Shown here: positions 10,223 to 18,682 of the stretch, in pieces
How the letters are laid out: each line of letters begins with the position of its first letter
How positions within the stretch are numbered: the first letter of the stretch is position 1
Source of the DNA: Octopus sinensis
Taxonomy: Eukaryota
Assembly (NCBI RefSeq): GCF_006345805.1
Contig: NW_021823795.1
Span: forward strand, 1-21,511
Reading direction: 5' to 3'
Length of the DNA: 21,511 nt
Position numbers and translations under genes: made by a program
The notes under the pieces: model-generated
Databases searched by the model: none
What the model saw: the letters and a program-made list of their open reading frames with translations, nothing else
Told to the model about the DNA's origin: nothing

Positions 10223-11160
10223 GCATGTATGTATGTATGTATGTATGTAAGCATGTATGTATGTATGTATGTATGTATGTAAGCATGTATGTATGTATGT
10301 ATGTATGTATGTAAGCATGTATGTATGTATGTATGTATGTAAGCATGCATGTATGTATGTATGTATGTATGTATTATGTATGTATGTATGTATGTATGTA
10401 AGCATGTATGTATGTATGTAGTATGTAAGCATGTAGTATGTATGTATGTATGTATGTATGTATAAGCATGTATGTATGTATGTATGTATGTATGTAAGCA
10501 TGTATGTATGTATGTATGTATGTAAGCATGCATGTATGTATGTATGTATGTATGTATGTATGTATGTATGTATGTATGTATGTATGTATGTATGTTTGTA
10601 TGTATGTACGTATATAAGCATGTATGTATGTAAGTATTTATGTATGTATGTATGTATGTATGTATGCATGCATGTATGTATGTATGTATGTATGTAAGCA
10701 TGTATGTATGTATGTATGTATGTATGTTTGTATGTATGTACGTATATAAGCATGTATGTATGTAAGTATTTATGTATGTATGTATGTATGTATGTATGTA
10801 TGTATGCATGTATGTATGTATGTATGTATGTATGTATGCATGCACGTATGTATGCATGTATGTATGCATGCATGTATGTATGTATGTATGTATGTATGTA
10901 TGCATGCATGTATGTATGCATGCATGTATGTATGTATGTATGTATGTATGTATTATGCATGTATGTATGCATGTATGTATGTATGTACATATGTATGTAT
11001 GCATGCATGTATGTATGTATGTACATATGTATGTATGCATGCATGTATGTATGCATGCATGTATGTATGTTTGTATGTATGTACGTATGTATGCATGTAT
11101 GTATGCATGTATGTATGTACATATGTATGTATGCATGTATGTATGTATGTATGTATGTAT
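10032..11160. repeat. ~1.13-kb (TATG)n array with CATG/TAAG variant units
   Basis: Directly visible. Source of the 447-aa and 401-aa HTYI pseudo-ORFs. Confidence 0.98.
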
Positions 11161-11305
11161 AATGGAAGAGGTGATGTGGTCTGTTCACTCCAGAATGAAA
11201 TGAAAGGCAGTGTGGCTGGAATGCTTTGATCATAGGTGGATCCCGTCTGGGCTGAACTTGTAGGGCTTAAACAACGACACCAGCCGCGGCGGTAAGAACA
11301 AAAGC

Positions 11306-11377
11306 AAGAAGAAGAAGAAGAAGAAGAAGAAGAAGAAGAAGAAGAAGAAGAAGAAGAAGAAGAAGAAGAAGAAGAAG
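11306..11377. repeat. (AAG)24 microsatellite
   Basis: Perfect trinucleotide run. Confidence 0.97.
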
Positions 11378-11516
11378 AGCAGTGACAACGAAGAACAATA
11401 ACACATGGTGTAGTGCAATAAAGAGAACGAAGTTTTACTGCTGTTAACGCCTTTACGCTTGATTAAGTATTACGGCAGCTCTTATTTCACAGGTAACATG
11501 AGTTACCTATCGATGA

Positions 11517-11655
11517 CACGCACACAGACACACACACACGCAAACATCCTTTACACACACACACACACAAACGTGCGCACGCACACACACAACATACACA
11601 CACACACATTCACAGGTCAGCATGCACATATATATATATATATATATATTATATA
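11517..11655. repeat. (CA)n/(TA)n microsatellite
   Basis: Directly visible. Confidence 0.9.
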
Positions 11656-11931
11656 CATTTTCAACCCGCTGTGAAAAGCAGATGCGGTGGTTAGACCTCG
11701 TGTCATTTTTCCCCTTTTCCCTCCACATACATACATACATCTACACACACGCATACACACACAAACACACACATATGTATGCAAGCGGAGAAACAAAAAA
11801 AAGTGGTACTCGACACATTTGTTAGGAGTTTCATCTACTTTTTTATAACAGTTTGATTCGATTCCATGCAACTTAAAGTTTTATGGGCTCGTAAAACGAA
11901 CCTAGGTCGGCAGGCTTAGGTAGCCTTCTTA

Positions 11932-11979
<48 letters not shown>

Positions 11980-12380
11980 CTTTTACTCTTTTACTCTTTT
12001 ACTTGTTTCAGTCATTTGACTGCGGCCATGCTGGAGCACCGCCTTTAATCGAGCAACTCGACCCCGGGACTTATTCTTTGTAAGCCCAGTACTTATTCTA
12101 TCGGTCTCTTTTGCCGAACCGCTAAGTGACGGGGACATAAACACACCAGCATCGGTTGTCAAGCAATGCTAGGAGGACAAACACAAACATACATGCACAC
12201 ACACATATACATATATACGACGGGCTTCTTTCAGTTTCCGTCTACCAAATCCACTCACAAGGCTTTGGTCGGCCCGAGGCTATAGTAGAAGACACTTGCC
12301 CAAGGTGCCACGCAGTGGGACTGAACCCGGTACCATGTGGTTGGTAAACAAGCTACTTACCACACAGCCACTCCTGCGCC
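11980..12380 (-). mobile_element. Group C SINE, full length, young copy
   Basis: Intact head, short internal TA/TG tract and (TAAAAGAG)n tail. It sits in a (TA)n tract. Confidence 0.95.
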
Positions 12381-12405
12381 TATATAAATATATAAATATA
12401 TAAAT

Positions 12406-12627
12406 GAGGCGGCGAGCTGTCGGAAACGTTAGCACGTTGGGTGAAATGCTTAGCAGTGTTTCGAGCGGTGTTTTGTCTGTTCTGAGTTCAAATTCTGCCG
12501 AGGTCGACTTTGCTTTCATCGTGTCGGGGTCGAAAAATAAAGTAGCAGTCGTGTACTGGGGTCGGTCTAATCGAATGGCCCCCTACCCCCAAAATTTCAG
12601 GCCTTCTGCCTAGTGTAGAAAAGAATA
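12406..12627 (+). mobile_element. B2 SINE, full length
   Basis: GAGGCGGCGAGCTG head, GAGTTCAAATTC B box, B core, tail CCCCAAAATTTCAGGCCTTCTGCCTAGTGTAGAAAAGAATA. Confidence 0.92.
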
Positions 12628-12667
12628 CACACACACACGCTCACACACACGCACGCACACACACACA

Positions 12668-12722
<55 letters not shown>

Positions 12723-12735
12723 TATATATATATGA
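12628..12735. repeat. (CA)n/(TA)n microsatellite
   Basis: Directly visible. Confidence 0.95.
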
Positions 12736-13052
12736 AAGAAGATTTGAAAATGCAATTTTAAAGATGTTTATTCACTTGACCGGTTTCACTTTATTTAGAA
12801 AAATATTGTCAAAAGTAAAATGTAAAGCTTTGTAAAAGCTTTGTCGTATTAAGTACTGGTTATCGCAAAAGTATTAAAAAACAGAAATACATTCTTTGAT
12901 AATAATCAGAAAATGCTAGAAACACTCTACAAGAAAGTATTTAAGAAAATATTCACCAAAAAGTATTAGGTGTTCAATAAAAATCATGTTTCTTTGAGAG
13001 GAACCAACACGTACACACACATAATATCCCCCACCAACACAAAACGCTCAAA

Positions 13053-13165
13053 CTTATAGAATAAGTACTAGCCTTACAAAGAGTAAGTTCTGGGGTCGAT
13101 TTGTTCGACTAAAGGCGGTGCTCCAGCATGGCCGCTGTTAAATGACTGAAACAAATAAAAGAATG
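13053..13165 (+). mobile_element. Group C SINE 3' fragment
   Basis: ATAGAATAAGTACT...GGGGTCGATTTGTTCGACTAAAGGCGGTGCTCCAGCATGGCC...GACTGAAACAAATAAAAGA. Confidence 0.88.
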
Positions 13166-13214
13166 AATGGAAATACAGACATCCCCGCCCCTAGTCGTCA
13201 ATTTAATCCATTGT

Positions 13215-13450
13215 AAGGCGACGAGCTGGCAGAGACGTTAGCACGCCGGGCGAAATGCGTAGACGTATTTCGTCTGCCGTTACGTTCTGAGTTCAAATTC
13301 CGCCGAGGTTGACTTTCATCCTTTCATCCTTTCGGGGTCGATAAATTAAGTACCAGTTACGCACTGGGGGTCGATGTAATCGACTTGATCCGTTTGTCTG
13401 TCCTTGTTTGTCCCCTCTATGTTTAGCCCCTTGTGGGTAGTAAAGAAATA
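13215..13450 (+). mobile_element. B1 SINE, full length
   Basis: Full head, core and B1 tail ending AAAGAAATA. Confidence 0.94.
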
Positions 13451-13655
13451 AGAAGTGTTAGCACGCCGACCAAAACGCATAGCGTCATTTCGTCCGTCTT
13501 AGCGTTCTAAGTTTAAATGCCACAGAGGTGGACTTTGCCCTTCCTCCCCTTTCGAGATCGATGAAATAAGTAGCAGATGTGTACTGGGTTTCAATGTAAT
13601 CTACTTACCCCCTCCTCCGAAATTACTGGCCTTGTGCCAAAATTTGAAACCAATA
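13451..13655 (+). mobile_element. Old B3 SINE lacking the first ~14 nt of its head
   Basis: Begins AGAAGTGTTAGCACG (head position ~15). Diverged B core, tail GGCCTTGTGCCAAAATTTGAAACCAATA. Confidence 0.85.
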
Positions 13656-13668
13656 AAATCCATTTTAA

Positions 13669-13845
13669 TTTTGGTAGAAAGGCAGCCAGTAATTTGGAAG
13701 CAACTGTGTTATGTTATCGACCTCGAAAGGATGAAAGGCAGTATCGACTCTTGTGTCGTTTGAACTCGTAATGTAAAGGGCTGGAGAAAACGCCGCTAAA
13801 CATGTTGTCCGGTTCCCGGTGCGGGGACGATCGTTTCAGCTCCCC
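13669..13845 (-). mobile_element. Old, diverged B-family SINE
   Basis: Reverse complement contains GAGTTCAAAC and TGCCTTTCATCCTTTCGAGGTCGATAA. Confidence 0.7.
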
Positions 13846-13884
13846 ACCCATCGCTAATCTAGTTTTAATATAATGAAGCATAAC

Positions 13885-14117
13885 AAGGCGGTGAGATGGC
13901 AGAATCGTTAGCACGCCGGGCGAAATACTTAGCGGTATTTCCTCTATCTTTACGTTCTGATTTCAAATTCCGCCGAGGTCGACTTTGCCTTTCATCCTTT
14001 CGGGGTCGATAATTTAAGTACCAGTTACGCACTGGGGTCGATGTAATCGAATTAATCCCTTTGTCTGTCCTTGTTTGTCCTCTCTATGTTTAGCCCCTTG
14101 TGGGTAATAAAAAAATA
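13885..14117 (+). mobile_element. B1 SINE, full length
   Basis: Full head, core and B1 tail. Confidence 0.94.
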
Positions 14118-14320
14118 AGAGGCGTTGCAGTGCCGGGCAAAATGCTTAATAGCATTTCGTCCGTCTTCACGTTCTAAGTTCAAATTCCACCCAGGGCAAC
14201 TTTGCCTTTCATCCATTTCGGGGTCGATAAAACAAGCACTTGTTAAGGACTGGAGTCGAGGCGATCGACTTACCCCAACCCCGAATCTTGCTGGCCTTGT
14301 GCCAAAATTTGAAACCAATA
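14118..14320 (+). mobile_element. Old B3 SINE lacking the first ~14 nt of its head
   Basis: Begins AGAGGCGTTGCAGTGCCGGG. Same B3 tail as 13451-13655. Confidence 0.85.
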
Positions 14321-14859
14321 TTATAAAGTGTAATATTGTATAATATACAGACCTACCTATGGCGTTTCTAAATTCTAATAATTATACAAAAATTCTATAA
14401 TTGTAAGCATATTTATAATTAGGGTTCAGAAAAATTTGCTTCACCACTTGCCAAAATTTAGAAATAGCAGTTAAATACTATTCCACTACTATAAGATATC
14501 TCCCAGACAGCAATACTCAACAACTCACGCAGGTAAAGAGAAAAAGTAACGAATCCACCCGGTTTTGATTAACTATACACGTGTTTCTGGGTTAAAGAGA
14601 TGTAAAAAGATTTAAAATCATATTACTATTCACTTACTCCCGTCTTCAGTTTAGTATTTCAATTTTAAATTTGAGAGAGCACTGGTGATTAACATACGTA
14701 CTCGACCAAGCGCCATCGAATCGCATATATCCAAAGAACAGTACTTCTGAATTCAATGAGACGAATGAGATCTCGCATTCTTCCTCAATCACCCACGTGT
14801 GCCACGAGTAATTCCGCAGAAACTGCAGTTTACTATCAGGGAGTGAATTTTATTATCAA

Positions 14860-15337
14860 CTAGCAGTATCGCCCGGCGTTGCTTGGGTTTGTTTTGACCC
14901 TTTAGAATTGGAATTTTTGAAAAGTAAAAATGTTGCATTATGTAGCTTGTTATTCTCTTTAAGTGAACATTTTTCTGGTTAAAATACACCGAAAAATGGC
15001 GACACAGCAGTCAAAAAATCGTAAAAAATGGGGATATGTTGCATAATGTAGCTTGTTATTCTCTTTAAGTAACATTTTTCTGGTTGAAATACACCGAAAA
15101 ATGGCGACACAGCAGTCAAAAAATCGTAAAAAAATAGGGATTTTCATAGAAAAAAGCATCTTTTTGATGTAAATAATTTTTGGTGTTAACATGGTCCGAT
15201 TTGAAGGAAGAGCAAGCCTTCTTCTATCATACTTTCAATTTTGGTCAACTTGCGCCGCAGGGTCTCGGAGGAGATAGTGTTAGTTGAAGGCTACAAAACC
15301 TGCCACACACAGACAACTTTAGCTTTATATATAGAGA
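14860..15337 (-). mobile_element. Non-autonomous Helitron, complete, with internal ~106-bp tandem duplication
   Basis: On the minus strand it reads 5' A|TC (15337-15336) ... GC-rich hairpin-like CCCAAGCAACGCCGGGCG ... CTAG|T (14863-14860), i.e. canonical termini in an A|T site with no TSD. Tandem units at 14930-15035 and 15036-15141. Confidence 0.85.
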
Positions 15338-15439
15338 TTATAATAAAGGGGAAGATTATTCTAATATTTATACTATATTGTATATTATTTTAAGGCATTT
15401 TCCTAAAACTTGAAAACAATTAATTTATAAAACACGTTT

Positions 15440-15601
15440 GTGGCTGTGTGGTAAGTAGCTTGTTTACCAACTACATGGTTCCGGGTTCAGTCCCACTGCG
15501 TGGCACCTTGGGCAAATGTCTTCTACTATAGCCTCGGGCCGACTAAAGCCTTGTGAGTGGATTTGGTAGACGGAAACTGAAAGAAGCCTGTCGTATATAT
15601 G

Positions 15602-15643
<42 letters not shown>

Positions 15644-15853
15644 CGTGTATGTTTGTGTGTCTGTGTTTGACCCCCTAGCATTGCTTGACAACCGATGCTG
15701 GTGTGTTTACGTCCCCGTCACATAGCGGTTCGGCAAAAAGAGACCGATAGAATAAGTACTGGGCTTACAAAGAATGAGTTCCGGGGTCGAGTTGCTCGAT
15801 TAAAGGCGGTGCTCCAGCATGGCCGCAGCCAAAATGACTGAAACAAGTAAAAG
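15440..15853 (+). mobile_element. Group C SINE, nearly full length
   Basis: Starts at GTGGCTGTGTGGTAAG. Internal (TA)n(TG)n at ~15594-15660, tail GACTGAAACAAGTAAAAG. Confidence 0.94.
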
Positions 15854-15923
15854 TATATATGTAAATATGTAGTTTCGATCGCATTACTGAATGGAGTTTC
15901 CAACCCTCTGTTATAAATTCATC

Positions 15924-16316
15924 AGTGGAGGCGCAATGGCCCAGTGGTTAGGGCAGCGGACTCGCGGTCATAGGATCGCGGTTTCGATTCCCAGACCGGG
16001 CGTTGTGAGTGTTTATTGAGCGAAAACACCTAAAGCTCCACAAGGCTCCGGCAGGGGATGGTGGTGATCCCTACTGTACTCTTTCACCGCAACTTTCTCT
16101 CACTCTTACTTCCTGTTTCTGTTGTACCTGTATTTCAAGGGGCCGGCCTTGTCACTCTCTGTGTCACGCTGAATATCCCCGAGAACTACGTTAAGGGTAC
16201 ACGTGTCTGTGGAGTGCTCAGCCACTTACACGTTAATTTCACGAGCAGGCTGTTCCATTGATTCGGATCAACCGGAACCCTCGTCGTCGTAACCGACGGA
16301 GTGCTTCCATCCATCC
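15924..16316 (+). mobile_element. Group A2 tRNA-derived SINE, full length
   Basis: A box TGGCCCAGTGG, B box GGTTTCGATTCC, (TCCA)n tail. Exact 11-bp TSD ATAAATTCATC at 15913-15923 and 16317-16327. Confidence 0.93.
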
Positions 16317-16965
16317 ATAAATTCATCTCTTAACGTTTATCAGTTAGAAATCGATGCTGTTTAAAATCCTTTGATTTCTAAAATCTCGAGATCACAATTT
16401 TTAAATGTAACTTGTTTTGAAAACCACCCACATGCTCTCGTTTATTAACTTAATGCGGCGTCTCCGAACCCACATACGTCATAGAATGATTTTAACATAT
16501 TAAATTCGTTATTGGATGTAACGTACCTGGGCCAACAACGCATAATATATTTACTTTAATTTGAAATTTTAGAACTGGAGGCTGACGAGATTGTATCACA
16601 TTCTCGTTTCTTAATGTAATGAAATATTTTCTGAAAATATTCTTAATCCTAACTGTAATTTATGTTATTGCATTACAATTTTCCAAAATGCAATATTTCG
16701 TTTAATTTTATTTTTTGATATAAATAGTTTGTACACAGTATATTCCAGTCCATTAAAGGTTTTTAACCTCCTACTATTTAAGTGTCGATGTTTAAGTTTA
16801 GACTTCACAAGTTTATTTAATTCCAACATCTTAAAATTTGCTATGAACGTCCCACTTTTACTCCACCCCTTTTCTCCGACCACTCTTCTTGGGAGTGTCG
16901 ATGGGGTAGGGCCCTCACGTACCTTCATAGGATTCTATCAGAGTCAACAGTTATTAGACTTTTGG

Positions 16966-17160
16966 TTGTTATTGTTAAGCAACAAGATGGGTAAGGGTCA
17001 TGGTCTAGGGCTTAGAGGCGGGAGAGCCCAAACCTTGGAAAAAAAAAACTTTGGTCGTCTTGTTGTAGTCGAGGGCTCTTCGTTGACGCCCGACACCACT
17101 GGGAGGTGGCCCTCGAAGTCGCTGGAAATGGAGATCTCCAGGTCCAAATTCTTGAACGGC
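16966..17160 (-). mobile_element. Unclassified 5'-truncated retroelement 3' end inserted in the RTE remnant
   Basis: Flanked by AGACTTTT(T)GG at 16956-16965 and 17161-17171. Removing it restores the RTE peptide QPKSL-ITV. It ends in an AACAATAACAA tail. Confidence 0.7.
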
Positions 17161-17204
17161 AGACTTTTTGGCTGGATTCCCAGGCGCGACCAAATGCGAC
17201 TGTG

Positions 17205-17594
17205 GTTAGTTAAGTTAAGTTAGTTAGTTAAGTTAAGTTAATTATTTGGCTCAAAAAGCAAAAAGCAAGGCCGTATAGGGGGACATGGAGTTATGTACAG
17301 GGTGGTGCTCATGCAAAGAGTTCAGGCCATTTGTGGTCAAGGGAGACTTTGAACCGAGCGGTCGTCGGCATATTCACTATCTCGTCCGGCAGCTTATTCC
17401 ACGGATCCGCAACCCGGACGGAGAAAGCCCCTCTCCTTCGATTGAGATGAAATCGTAGCAGATAGAGCTTTTCGGAGTGACCCCGCAGCTGACGCTCTGG
17501 AACAGGAGTGAAGAACAGCTCTTTCGAGAGGTTACACTTTCCGCTTATGATGTGAGCAAGAATGAGATCACCACGGCGTCGTCGTTTATCCAAG
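17205..17594 (-). mobile_element. CR1-clade LINE 3' fragment with (TTAAC/CTAA)n tail
   Basis: LDKRRRRGDLILAH...FSVRVADPWNKLPDEIVNMPTTARFKVSLDHKWPELFA*. Second copy of 9398-9782. Confidence 0.92.
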
Positions 17595-17861
17595 TGTCTC
17601 GTTGTTGATCTATCCCAAGGTCTCCTGTTGGTTGGTTCGGCTTCAAGAATCCGTGTTGCGATTCTGTCTTACAACATTCTAATCACATGACCGTAGAACT
17701 GGAACTGTGACCACTCAGTGCAAATAAGTAGCGGATCAAACTTGAGAAACTTTCTGATCTCAGACTCAGCATCCTGTCGAGTATCGTTACTCCAGAGGTC
17801 CTTCGGAGGAACAGTATTTCGGTCTCTCGTATTCGCGATCGAACTCTTTTGGTCTTTGTTC

Positions 17862-18093
17862 AAGGCTACGAGCTGGCAGAAACGTTAGCACGCCGGGCGA
17901 AATGCTGAGCGGTATTTTGTCTGCCGCTACGTTCTGAGTTCAAATTCCGCCGAGGTCGACTTTGCCTTTCATTCTTTCGGGGTCGATAAATTAAGTACCA
18001 GTTACGCACTGGGGTCGATATAATCGACTTAATCCATTTGTCTGTCCTTGTTTGTCCTCTCTGTGTTAGCCCCTTGTGGGTAGTAAAGAAATA
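17862..18093 (+). mobile_element. B1 SINE, full length
   Basis: Full head, core and B1 tail. 13-bp TSD GGTCTTTGTTCAA at 17851-17863 and 18278-18290 flanks this copy plus the next. Confidence 0.94.
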
Positions 18094-18277
18094 GGAATTT
18101 CGTCTGCCGTTACGTTCTGAGTTCAAATTCCACCGATGTCGACTTTGCCTTTCATCCTTTCGGGGTCGATTAAATAGGTACCAGTTACGCACTGGGGTCG
18201 CTGTAATCGACTTAATCCGTTTGTCTGTCCTTGTTTGTCCCCTCTGTGTTTAGCCCCTTGTGGATAGTAAAGAAATA
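18094..18277 (+). mobile_element. B1 SINE lacking the first ~50 nt of its head
   Basis: Begins GGAATTTCGTCTG, the same site as 970 and 1374, and ends AAAGAAATA. Confidence 0.92.
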
Positions 18278-18648
18278 GGTCTTTGTTCAATACTCATGAC
18301 AAAAGGCGAGGGTAGGCACGAAAACCGAATTGAAAATAACGAGTCTGGCTTTTTTCCCCCACATCTCCTTTTCTGAGGTTCGAACGCTGGAACTAGTGCA
18401 TTGCTGTGCTTATTCATAACGGGAAAAAACGACCTAGTTTTAAACTCATTAGTCTTATGACTAAATTAAAGAGGTCAAATGATTAATAAATGAAGCTGCC
18501 CGGTCTAAGCACAATCGGTATTTCCTACTGAATTTATCACAGCTTAAATATCGATCATACGATATACTTTAGACAACTGACACCCAACCGACCCTCCTCT
18601 CTGTATAACTCCAACGTACTTCTAAAATTCATTGTTACATAAATATAT

Positions 18649-18682
18649 ACAGGAGTGGCTGTGTGGTAAGTTGCTCGCTTAC
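18649..18682 (+). mobile_element. Group C SINE head fragment
   Basis: AGGAGTGGCTGTGTGGTAAGTTGCTCGCTTAC, then an abrupt switch to unrelated sequence. Confidence 0.7.

Larger units (their letters stand above)
16841..18375 (-). mobile_element. RTE-clade LINE (Rex3/Expander-like) ORF C-terminal remnant carrying three nested insertions
   Basis: With inserts removed it reads KKARLVIFNSVFVPTLAFCHEY*TKTKRVRSRIRETEILFLRRTSGVTILDR / SEIRKFLKFDPLLICTEWSQFQFYGHVIRML*DRIATRILEAEPTNRRPWDRSTTR..WSRLGIQPKSL|ITVDSDRIL*RYVRALPHRHSQEE. This is colinear with the RTE ORF C-terminus as recalled. Confidence 0.88.

Noticed and set aside
9890-11233. 447-aa and 401-aa ORFs
   Set aside because: Translation of the (TATG)n array.
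13205-13668. AATCCATT(G/T)TAA as TSD of the 13215-13655 pair
   Set aside because: The right copy may belong to the tail of the adjacent minus-strand B element, so it is not used as evidence.
14421-14531. Plus-strand 111-nt candidate exon (FRKICFTTCQNLEI...) ending CAG|GTAAAG
   Set aside because: Poor acceptor, background AT content and an unrecognised peptide, so consistent with chance.
15924-16000. tRNA gene candidates (also 1-79)
   Set aside because: A and B boxes are present, but they continue into SINE bodies with a TSD and tail, and the acceptor stems do not pair.
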